From: Vitrella brassicaformis CCMP3155
Taxonomy: Eukaryota; Protista; Chromerida
Direction: 5' to 3'
Assembly: GCA_001179505.1 (NCBI GenBank)
Contig: CDMY01000710.1
Span: 1-28,421, forward strand
Length of the DNA: 28,421 nucleotides
Both the position numbers and the translations under genes were made by a program. The notes under the pieces are model-generated. The model saw only the letters and a program-made list of their open reading frames with translations, did no database searches and was not told where the DNA came from. Position 1 is the first letter of the stretch, and each line of letters begins with the position of its first letter. This document shows positions 1 to 8,339 of the stretch, in pieces.

Positions 1-1872
1 GTCATTCGTGTACCCCCAGTAAGACGTACGGAGATATGTCGAGAAAATCATGCTGAGATCCTCAAGTATGGGACCGCCTACCTTACGAATGATAGAGTAA
101 GTGATACCATCCATCCCTGGGGCACTGGAGTTAGAGCACTTACTGAGAGCACTTTGCAAATCCACTACAGAAAACGGCTGATTTGCTCTCCAGTCAACAT
201 GCAGAGGTGCTTGACGCGCCAAGTCATTCACACGATCAGCCAATTGAGGGGTGAGCATATTGAAAAACAACGCTTTCAGCCCTTGGAAAAGGGACTGAAA
301 GGCCAACGCAAAGGCATCAACAGTAGGAACACTGACAGGCAGGGAGGAGGAAACAGGCAGAGGAGGCAGAAACAGACGCCATATGTCACGCGGAGCGTGA
401 CGACGGACAAAAGCAATATGGCGCACCATAGCACTCAACCGATGCGTACGATAGGACTTCAACACGCGCTTGCGGTGGGCCCGAGCGCGATGCCACTCAG
501 CGCGTGTCCGAGTGACGTCATGCTGTGAACCATGAGTGCATGCGTAATGATGATAGCGAAGTGCCCGCGCCGCCTGAGAGATCGCTTTGTTGACTTCAGG
601 CGGGCGGCCGCATTTCGCTATCGTAAAAGCAGAAGCACTGCCTGCCATCTGGCTAAGTAACGCACTCGCTGCCCTCGCACGACAATCAATAAGACGCGCA
701 TGCTGATGCATGATCCGAGTGAGTGAATCTAAGAGTGCTTGTGCCCTCTGGCCTGCACATGACGAGTCACCTGAACTACACGCATGGCGCAGTGCCTCAC
801 GCAACTGTACATGTCTCGCATCCCCAGACAAAGACTGCCGAATGATATCTATCGCCTGTGCACTCCATACATAGCGCACCCTGCCCTGCCTGTTCTCCGC
901 AGCCTGAATGCGGTTGTGGAGACTGGCAATGGACGGGGGTAAGGTCGCAGGAAGGATAGCTAAAGACAAGTATAAGTGAGGCGTGCGAAGTGGGTGTGAG
1001 TGAATGGAAAAAGATGTGGCACGCAGGAACAACTCGGGGGATGCCGCCATGTAATCAATGACACTATGCCGAGCTCCCTGCGTACACGTCGGACATGCAG
1101 TAGAGGAGGCAGGGGAAGAGCCGATCTGTCGGCCATTAAAAAGAAGCAGCCGAGCTGTCTTACACACAGTCAGTAGCCACACACCTTTAGCATCAACACT
1201 ATGGGAGCATTGAGTCACACGCGGTGGCGGGTCACGGAGAAGAGAGTGTAGTGTATCCGGATCGATGCCCAAATCATCATAATCTGCCTCAGGCAGCGTG
1301 TCTGCAGCAGTGGCTGTCCTCGCATTGAAATCACCCGACAGAAAGACATACCCTTCGTCAGCCAATCCTTCACAGAATAAAGCAAAGGCATCCCACCATT
1401 CGCCGCCTTCCTCACTCGGGTGCAAGTATGGAGGTACATAACAAGCAAGCAAAAAGACAGGCCGATCAAGGCCGAACAGCTGCGGGTCTGCACGCAGAGC
1501 GACCACATTACCAAGTGGCGCCTGCTTTCGAGTAAGCAAGTGAGTGACACGAGTACTCGTATATACAGCAACCCCGCCTGTTCTGCCCATCGTCTTGCGT
1601 TCAGGATTATACATGCGTACACGAGGAGTCGCCCAACATGTATATCCAGGAAGTGACACAGGTGGGTCTGCGTCATCATGGTGCGTCTCGAGAAAGATCA
1701 AAAAGTCATACCGTACACGCCTATGAGCGTCCCACATACACATGTCATCCAGTAAGTCCCCATAGTCACGGAACTTGGCATGCAAGTTCTGGATATTGAG
1801 ACAGAAGAACGTCAGATGGGGGGGCGGAGTGCCAGCCGAAGGGGCAAAAGCCACAGCTCCTCCGGGAGGCAT
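1..1872 (-). CDS. LINE ORF2: AP-like endonuclease, linker and start of reverse transcriptase (3'-partial)
   Basis: Hand translation from ATG 1872: LNIQNL (1800-1783), FLETH (E at ~1689), GGVAVY, ACYVPP (1440), SGDFNAR (~1335-1318), LLFNGR, SVIDY (~1059), then SSAPGMDGITYSIIRK (~129-82), the K/S-A-P-G-x-D-G-I motif that precedes LINE RT domains. Confidence 0.92.
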   Translation of the reverse strand, partial: MPPGGAVAFAPSAGTPPPHLTFFCLNIQNLHAKFRDYGDLLDDMCMWDAHRRVRYDFLIFLETHHDDADPPVSLPGYTCWATPRVRMYNPERKTMGRTGGVAVYTSTRVTHLLTRKQAPLGNVVALRADPQLFGLDRPVFLLACYVPPYLHPSEEGGEWWDAFALFCEGLADEGYVFLSGDFNARTATAADTLPEADYDDLGIDPDTLHSLLRDPPPRVTQCSHSVDAKGVWLLTVCKTARLLLFNGRQIGSSPASSTACPTCTQGARHSVIDYMAASPELFLRATSFSIHSHPLRTPHLYLSLAILPATLPPSIASLHNRIQAAENRQGRVRYVWSAQAIDIIRQSLSGDARHVQLREALRHACSSGDSSCAGQRAQALLDSLTRIMHQHARLIDCRARAASALLSQMAGSASAFTIAKCGRPPEVNKAISQAARALRYHHYACTHGSQHDVTRTRAEWHRARAHRKRVLKSYRTHRLSAMVRHIAFVRRHAPRDIWRLFLPPLPVSSSLPVSVPTVDAFALAFQSLFQGLKALFFNMLTPQLADRVNDLARQAPLHVDWRANQPFSVVDLQSALSKCSNSSAPGMDGITYSIIRKVGGPILEDLSMIFSTYLRTSYWGYTND

Positions 1873-2025
1873 GGGCTGCGCACGACGCGTAGGCCGACGG
1901 CCGCCCCTGCCTCCCTTCGGTTTGGCCGTAGCCTGCCCCCGTGCAGCCGGACGTGCCCTCTTCTGTGGACCCCTGCGTGTCTGTGTCTTTCCACCCCTCC
2001 CCCCTCCCCTGGCCTTGGCCTTCAC
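1..2025 (-). mobile_element. Non-LTR retrotransposon (LINE, APE-endonuclease type); 5' portion only, the element continues off the left edge
   Basis: The minus-strand frame has no stop from ~2142 to position 1 and carries APE and pre-RT motifs. GC-rich composition ends abruptly at ~2025. Confidence 0.93.
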
Positions 2026-2028
2026 GTT

Positions 2029-2286
2029 GAAAAATTTGATAACAATAAAGAAGAACGACCTATTAATAGACCATTCTGCAGTGTCTGCAATATTAATGCA
2101 CCAATTTTTGAACTAATTAATTTTAATGCCATCAGAATACATTTATGTAAGCAATGTCAAAGAAAACAATACCGAACCTGTAAGAAATGTAATAGAAATA
2201 TGAGTATTTACGACTTTAAAGTTTACAGACATCCAAAGTATCCCTTTTTTATTTTTTATGACTGTTGCGAGGATTGTTTTAAATAA
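2029..2286 (+). pseudogene. 5'-truncated Cys-rich zinc-finger ORF (four CxxC pairs)
   Basis: EKFDNNKEERPINRPFCSVC...LCKQC...TCKKC...DFK...DCCEDCFK*. There is no ATG in the AT-rich part, and upstream sequence is antisense LINE. Confidence 0.7.
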
Positions 2287-2322
2287 ATGAAAATATATAC
2301 TATAATAGAACAATAATTGAAA

Positions 2323-2919
2323 ATGACTGATTGTGCCATTTGTCTGTCAAAATTAACAAAGAAAAAATTTAAGTTTCCGTGTAATCACAAATTTTGCCAG
2401 AAATGTATTGATGCTGTAAAGAAATTTGACGAAAAAGATGAAAGCAAATATCTATATATTTTACATAACCCATCTTTAAAATATCCTATAAGACTATCAC
2501 ACAATAATTACGGTATACTTGAATGTCCAATTTGTAAATCACAAGCAATTACTTCTAATGATAGACAATTTATTAAAGTAATTATAGAATTTGCTGATAA
2601 TTTTACATTACCTATTGTTACATTTGATGAACTGGATATTATTAAAAGAAAAATGAAAAGTATGTATCAATTTTTTGCTAATAAATTTGCTTTGGCTATT
2701 GAAAGCGAAAGAACTTTATATTACAAGATTTGGGAGGGAGAAGAAGACAATGGGGAAGAATTTTTAGCTATATCTCCTTTACTGACTGATGAATTGATAT
2801 ATAATGATGATTACTACAATATTGAAGCAATGAGTTTTATTGATTTCTTTAATGTCAAATTTGAGGAAAATAACAAAAAATCAAGAAATGATTTTACACA
2901 TGACGATATTATAGTTTAA
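2323..2919 (+). CDS. C3HC4 RING-finger protein (putative viral-type E3 ligase), 198 aa
   Basis: MTDCAIC-x12-CNHKFCQKC-x~39-CPIC, followed by an acidic C-terminal region; intronless. Confidence 0.85.
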   Translation: MTDCAICLSKLTKKKFKFPCNHKFCQKCIDAVKKFDEKDESKYLYILHNPSLKYPIRLSHNNYGILECPICKSQAITSNDRQFIKVIIEFADNFTLPIVTFDELDIIKRKMKSMYQFFANKFALAIESERTLYYKIWEGEEDNGEEFLAISPLLTDELIYNDDYYNIEAMSFIDFFNVKFEENNKKSRNDFTHDDIIV

Positions 2920-2931
2920 TACATATAGCTA

Positions 2932-3440
2932 ATGTCTAAGCACTGGCTTGTAGTTCAAAATTTTTCTGCAGATAAAATATATCACAAGGGAAGAGAAATA
3001 AACCTACTGCTCTATTAAACTGTATTCAACCTTTTCCGATACTCACTGCTTCATTTAAAGGAGACGGGGCAAATTGTGATAATGAAACGAGATATAATAT
3101 TAAAATTGACCAACTGAATAATATAGATTTTGATTATTTAACTATTGATGAAGAAGAAAAGAAAAGTTTTAAATTCAGCACACAGGGTTATTATTATGCT
3201 AAAATTCACTGCTTGCAGAGTGATAATGATGATTTGCAAAACAGATATGTAATAGGTTTAACAAAAGAAAATATTGAAGACTTTGAATATCATTATCCAT
3301 TTCTTGAATATTGCTCTCTGCCGTTCTATATTACTGATATAGATAATGAATATCAACTTACATATTTAGCTAATAATACATTGAAAAAAGATTATAGGTT
3401 TAATGAAAAGTTCAAATGCTTTCTATTCAGATATCAGTAG
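2932..3440 (+). pseudogene. Frameshifted hypothetical gene of the AT-rich island (~170 aa if repaired)
   Basis: The ATG 2932 frame (MSKHWLVVQNFSADKIYHKGREINLLLY*) stops at ~3018. A second frame is open 2976-3440 (PTALLNCIQPFPILTASFKG...FKCFLFRYQ*), so the two overlap and one indel would join them. Confidence 0.6.
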
Positions 3441-3558
3441 GAGGGGGTTGTGTTATTTTAGGTGGAGGTTCAGGAGTTGTAGAACGTAGATATTTTTTTT
3501 CTGGGTCTTTCCATATCCAACCCAAAAATAGGGCTCTAATAATAGCAGATGGTGGCAT
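3427..3558 (-). CDS. Small hypothetical ORF, 43 aa, Pro-rich C-terminus
   Basis: MPPSAIIRALFLGWIWKDPEKKYLRSTTPEPPPKITQPPPTDI*. It exactly fills the gap between neighbouring ORFs and is below the ORF-track cut-off. Confidence 0.4.
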   Translation of the reverse strand: MPPSAIIRALFLGWIWKDPEKKYLRSTTPEPPPKITQPPPTDI

Positions 3559-3567
3559 TTATATATA

Positions 3568-4065
3568 ATGGAATGTAATAAATGTAAAACTAAAAAGGAT
3601 AAATCTGAATATTATGTATGTAATGGAAGAATAAGATTAATCTGTAAAGAATGTAGAAAGATAATTGATAAAGAAAAGCATGAAAGAACAAAAGAAAGAA
3701 ATATTAAATGTTTCCCTGAATATCCAAAAATAAAAAAATGTATCTACTGCAAAATAATTAAACCGAGAACAGAAATGGTTAAAAATATATCAAAAGATGA
3801 TGGCATGAATTCTTACTGCATTGAATGCTCCCGTCAAAGAAGACGTAAGAAATTAAGAATAGAAAAGGAAACAAAACCAAAAGTTAAATTTATTAATTAT
3901 TTTAGTATAAAATGTAGAAAATGTGAATTAGTGAAATCGGTAATTGAATATGGAACAAATAAATTCAGTAAAGCAGGATATGATGGAGTATGTATAAAAT
4001 GTATTAGAAATAATATAGATGACAGAAATAGAACTTACAAAAGAATTAGTGGCAGGATTTACTAA
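3568..4065 (+). CDS. Protein with three tandem CxxC-x(19-23)-CxxC zinc-finger modules, 165 aa
   Basis: Modules are CNKC..K...CKEC, CIYCKIIK..E..KN.SKDDG...CIEC and CRKCELVK..E..TNKFSKAGYDGVCIKC; the protein is Lys/Arg-rich. Confidence 0.8.
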   Translation: MECNKCKTKKDKSEYYVCNGRIRLICKECRKIIDKEKHERTKERNIKCFPEYPKIKKCIYCKIIKPRTEMVKNISKDDGMNSYCIECSRQRRRKKLRIEKETKPKVKFINYFSIKCRKCELVKSVIEYGTNKFSKAGYDGVCIKCIRNNIDDRNRTYKRISGRIY

Positions 4066-4099
4066 CTACTGGCAGGATGAAAAGACCAGAGATATTGTA

Positions 4100-4189
4100 A
4101 TGATGATTTTATTAGGTTTAATAGTATTATTTACCTGTATTAATTTAATATTAAATATTAGAGTTCATAGACGTATTACATCGCTTTGA
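4100..4189 (+). CDS. Putative 29-aa hydrophobic micro-ORF
   Basis: MMILLGLIVLFTCINLILNIRVHRRITSL*. AT-rich DNA produces such ORFs by chance. Confidence 0.25.
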   Translation: MMILLGLIVLFTCINLILNIRVHRRITSL

Positions 4190-4274
4190 ATAGAGGTGTT
4201 AATATAAGAGTTAAAACAAACAATAAAACTAATATAAATGCTCCTATTATTCCTAATATATCACTTGAATTCAT
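4176..4274 (-). CDS. Putative 32-aa single-TM micro-ORF
   Basis: MNSSDILGIIGAFILVLLFVLTLILTPLFKAM*, with a hydrophobic run of about 22 residues. Confidence 0.35.
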   Translation of the reverse strand: MNSSDILGIIGAFILVLLFVLTLILTPLFKAM

Positions 4275-4360
4275 ATATAATAAATCGCATTTTTTGTTCG
4301 CCACCCCTCTCCCCTTTTCCACCCCCCCTGCTCATCCTGTCCATTCTCATTTAAAAAATA

Positions 4361-4470
4361 AAACCCACATATATATAGGTGGGTTTCATACCCTATCACA
4401 TGGAAACGTACCCTTGACCCCAGGGGACTGAAAGAACCCTTGGGTCAAGGTACGTTTCCATGTATATACA
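4361..4470. repeat. Cluster of inverted repeats at the right end of the AT-rich island
   Basis: aaacccac(4361-68)/gtgggttt(4379-86); acatggaaacgtacccttgaccc(4398-4420)/gggtcaaggtacgtttccatgt(4442-63) with a 1-nt bulge; perfect palindrome tgtatataca (4461-70). Confidence 0.9.
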
Positions 4471-5322
4471 ACACATGAGCTTCTTTTCTGAGTTGTTCGA
4501 CCTTCAAGCTTTCGACGGCGAATCATTCATTGAGTGATTTGAGAAGAATGAGTGAATCATTCATCATTCTTGAATGAGGTGGAGCGAGAGATGAGTGCCC
4601 TGCAGGCTATGGCAGAGGAGGATAGTGGTGAGCAGGTGAACGTAGAGATCGATTGAGGTGTGTTGGTGTGGGATGACTATCTCTGTATGATAAATCTGTG
4701 TTTTTGGACATTCCATCACTCAATCTGTCGATTGCTCGTCGCATTCCATCACTCATTCGCCAGTGAATCACTCCTGGTTGTCTGTCTCGCCCAAGCAACG
4801 CTCAAGCACTTGCTTTGCTCGCGCTCCTCATCCTCGCCGCGCCGGCCGGGTTGCTTTTTTTTCTTTTTTCCGGGCCAAGCTCGACGCCAGGCGAGTCAGG
4901 TGGCCTGCTGGGATGCCCTGGTGACTCAGACGGGCAAGCAGAAGGCGTGTGAATTTGGTCGCTTAAATGGGAAAACGCTTATATGGGAAAAACGCTATAT
5001 GGGACATGAAATTTCCCTCCTCCGTCGGGCTGGCGGGACTCGCTCGCATTCCCGAAACGAAATGCAAAGTCCCCATGCATGCAAAGCCCCAAAGCTCGCA
5101 TGCAAGCCCCCGCAAGGGAACCGAAGGGAATTGCTAGCTTGGCCCCAATTACGGACAAACAAACAAAGGAACACTTTGTTGCGTAAGAGCGTGCCACGCT
5201 CGTGAAACTCGCGAGTCCCGAACCCTGAGCCCTGTCCCATTTATCCTACCCTGACAGTAAACAAAGGAGCATGTAGTGATAAGGCATAGCTCTCTTTTTC
5301 ACTACTTGAACTTAGTCACAGA

Positions 5323-5603
5323 CTAGTATTGTGTCGGCCGCCTTCGGCGGCCGTGGATCCCGAGGAGCTCAACCTGGAGCGGGCAAAGTAATAGGTTGAC
5401 AACGCCACCTCGGCGCACGTCTGTATAGGTTAGGGTCTAGGGTTTAGAGTTTGAATTGCACTGGGCTCCTGAGACACTGTGCCGCACGATTCGAGAAGCA
5501 CACCGCTCGAACCACCGGCCGGCGCTTGACATCGCCATGAAGCGAAAAAGGAAACCCTAAATGTGCACCTTTGGGGTTTCCTGCGTCGTTACCTGTAGTG
5601 GGA
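5323..5603 (-). mobile_element. Non-autonomous Helitron, 281 bp
   Basis: The minus strand reads A|TCCCACTAC...cggccgcc-gaa-ggcggccg-8 nt-CTAG|T. That gives 5' TC, a 3' GC-rich hairpin (5335-5353), CTAG (5323-26), an AT target and no TSD. Confidence 0.8.
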
Positions 5604-5668
5604 TGTATGACGTACTTTTATAAACATACTGTCATATGCACTATATCTGTATACTTGTTTCGTCATAG

Positions 5669-6120
5669 GCCACATACCAAGGGCCTTCTGGGAGACCCCG
5701 TACATTGTCATAAGACACTCGGGAGGCAGACTCTGGGATCTAGGACGTAGGCCTGGTCATATGTACGTGGGTGTGCCTGCGTTTGTGAATGCCTGTGGCT
5801 GTATTTGTGTGTATCCTGCAGATGCTAATTCTTTGGAGGAGACAGATGACAACGGTGTCATAGTCTCTCTGCGAGCACCCTCACAGGCTATAAAGATCAA
5901 CCGGTATGTCAGTGTGTATGGTATCACATCACATGTACACCGATCTGAGCCATCTGCGTTTTCGATGTGCAGCGACACTGGGAAAATTGAGTGGCGTCTT
6001 GGCGGCGAAAGTGCGGACTTTAAGATTATCAACGATCCCCACGGCAGATTCATAGGCCAACACGACATAAGGGCTCCCGGTGGCAATCGGATCACTGTGT
6101 TTGACAATGCTCAAAAAGGT
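5669..6120 (+). pseudogene. Arylsulfotransferase (ASST, PAPS-independent) gene fragment, 3 exons
   Basis: Exons 5669-5746, 5822-5903 and 5973-~6120 with GT-AG introns splice to LWDLGHANSLEETDDNGVIVSLRAPSQAIKINRDTGKIEWRLGG...QHDIR...ITVFDN. This matches the ASST pattern WD-x2-H-x-NS / TG-x3-W-x-LGG / QHD / FDN. N- and C-terminal exons were not found. Confidence 0.75.
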
Positions 6121-6535
6121 GGCGGTCTATGGATAACCGCTCAGTTTGCTGTGATGAGGCGGCCAAGTCGACTACATACTGTACTGTAGAGCCCCTCAAC
6201 AGCGTCATTCAATCAACGACTCAAATCATTCATTCATTCATGCATTCGTTGACCACTCATCCATTCACTCATTCGCTGACCAATCTCGAGTCTGGTTCAA
6301 TGAGGAGAAGTCTGTTTTCGGTGAGAACGTGTCAGGAGATGAAGGGATGGGTCAAACAAGCCAAGAGATGGAGCAAGTGGATCAAGACTGATGAGGGAGA
6401 TGTGCCTTGTCGTCTGTAGTAGGTGAGTCGTGTGTTTGTCTGATTCATTCATCGCATGTGATTGAGTGAATGACTGAACAGAACACGTCATGATGGAAAT
6501 CACGCAATATAATCAATCATTTACGATCATCACAG

Positions 6536-7560
6536 TCATATCATTGGTACGGCGACAGCGATGGCATGATTGATTGCCTCTGCGCCGAGCCCCCCCCCCC
6601 CTCCATGCACGGCGAAACCTTCCTTCATGAACCGAGCCAGCTCGTGCTCGCCTTGCGCATCGTCGTTCTCGTCTTCGGAAGGCGAGGGCCGCCGGCGGGA
6701 ATGAGATTGGGCCTCCCTTGACGCTGAAGCGGCCGCATCGTTGTCGCGAAGTCGAGCTGGCCCTTGTTGCCATGACATGGGCGGCGGGTTGCCCTTGGCA
6801 GTGCGAGTCCCTGCGTCAGGACCGTCCATCAGCAGCTGGCGAGTGCGCAGACGCCCAACGACCTGCACACACCCATCCATCCATCCATGCATGTACAAGT
6901 GGGTACGTATATATATGTGTGTCTGTCTGTGTACGTGTGAGGTGTTGGATCTCTCCTCCTCCCTCTGTGTGTACCTGGTGTGATTGTGTGCGGTGAGTGC
7001 TTCAGTTGGGTGAAGCAGCGGCGCCCTCAGACAAGCAGAACCACGAGAAACTTCCTATCGAAGGTCCGCGACAGAGAAAAGAGTGAAGGTGAGAGTGATT
7101 GACTGTCATGCTTGACTTCCTCGTGTGATTCACCTTGTGCAGCATCGAGTTGGCGTCACGCCGGTGATCAGGCGAGCAGAGATCTGCTGACGGTGGGCTC
7201 AGAGGCGGGGGGGTGAGTGTTGCGGGACATCTTGTTCGCTCCGCAGCGGTTGATGCAGGTGCTGTAGGTGAGTCAATCGGGCGAGAGAGTGAGAGCGGTG
7301 GCCGAGGGCTGTCTGTGTGCCCGGCGGCGAGGTGGGCGGAGCTGTCTGTGGCGTGCTGTGACTCCCGGTAGAAGGTCACTTAGGGAAATATCTTGAAGGT
7401 GAGGTCGCAGAGAGGATCTGAGAGCACCATGTGACGCAGCGCGACGAGCTGCGCATGTTGGTATACCCAGAATGTGGCTGCGGCGCTTCCTCGTCGATTT
7501 GGTTCTGCCCTTGTAATCGAGGAGAAACTCCATGATGGGGTTTCTCATCCTTTTGAGGGT
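6536..7560 (-). pseudogene. Hypothetical low-complexity spliced gene remnant
   Basis: Exon-like Pro/Ser/Arg-rich blocks are separated by gt..ag introns with ca/tc tracts (for example the acceptor at ~6860). I could not build a stop-free model and recognised no domain. Confidence 0.3.
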
Positions 7561-8103
7561 TTGTTCACATACGGCACTTCTGTTTGTCTCAATCTTCCCC
7601 CTCCCCCCCATCGTTTATCGTGTGCGTGGTAGGTCTGCAAAAAGCACCTGCCACTTGGGACGTGCGCGACACCAAAGTAAAAAAGGCATGCACAGGGCGT
7701 GGCAGGTAGGAAAAGGCGATTGGAAGGGATGCGGGAAGAGAAGCATGAAGGGAGACAGACTGGGATAGAGGAAGGGACGGCCAAGAAAGACACAAAATGA
7801 ATGCTACACCACCGGTATCCCACCGCTACTGGTGCGACACAAGCAAGGGCGAGGAGCGGCGGACCGGCTCCAACAGACCTTTACCCATATTTAGCTGACC
7901 CGCCCAACATGCCCTGTACGCTGTATAGACACTCACTGCATTGCCATCCGTCGACGTATTAATTAACAATTAAACACCGAAGGACACACACAAGCATGGG
8001 CACGACAAAAGCTTTGTGCTCAGATGCTATGGATGCACGAATCAATGGCGCACACACATGAATGCGGGGAGACCCGCATACACATGTGGGAGCATACGAA
8101 ATG

Positions 8104-8323
8104 CGGTAATGCGGCCAAACGAAACATCAAAACACCTGTCAGGCAGACACAGGAGCACTCAGACGAGTAGATCTGCGTGCCAGAATGGTGCGTGACGGCC
8201 ATCTGCTCAGCTGGCAATACAGAGGGCGGCAATGCGGCTCAACGAAACATCAACACACCTGCCAGACAAACACAGGAGCGCTCAGACGAGTAGATCTGCG
8301 TGCCGGAGTCCTGCGTGACGGTC
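8104..8323 (+). repeat. Tandem duplication, ~95-bp unit at 123-bp period
   Basis: aatgcggc..aacgaaacatcaa.acacctg...acaggagc.ctcagacgagtagatctgcgtgcc starts at 8108 and 8231. Confidence 0.9.
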
Positions 8324-8339
8324 GACGTGCTCTTTTCTG

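Larger units (their letters stand above)
2026..4470. mobile_element. AT-rich, intronless, gene-dense island; probable endogenous DNA-virus or Polinton-like fragment
   Basis: Sampled 60-mers are 23-28% G+C against clearly GC-rich flanks. ORFs are separated by 9-36 nt with no introns and include RING and CxxC zinc fingers. No capsid, polymerase or integrase gene lies inside the window. Confidence 0.7.

Noticed and set aside
154-1726. Several short ORFs on both strands
   Set aside because: They are shadow frames of the LINE ORF2.
1780-2286. 168-aa plus-strand ORF in the track
   Set aside because: It is a chimera: the first ~83 codons are antisense LINE sequence and only 2029-2286 is a genuine zinc-finger remnant.
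1991-4318. ccacccctc at 1991 and 4301 as a possible target-site duplication around the island
   Set aside because: It is a low-complexity 9-mer that does not sit at the compositional boundaries.
4960-5243. Three short cgct(t)a(a/t)atggga repeats and a partial inverted match at ~5232
   Set aside because: Too short and imperfect to define a MITE without copy data.
5430-5452. Telomere-like ttaggg/tttagag motifs
   Set aside because: Only 3 degenerate units inside the Helitron; not an interstitial telomere.
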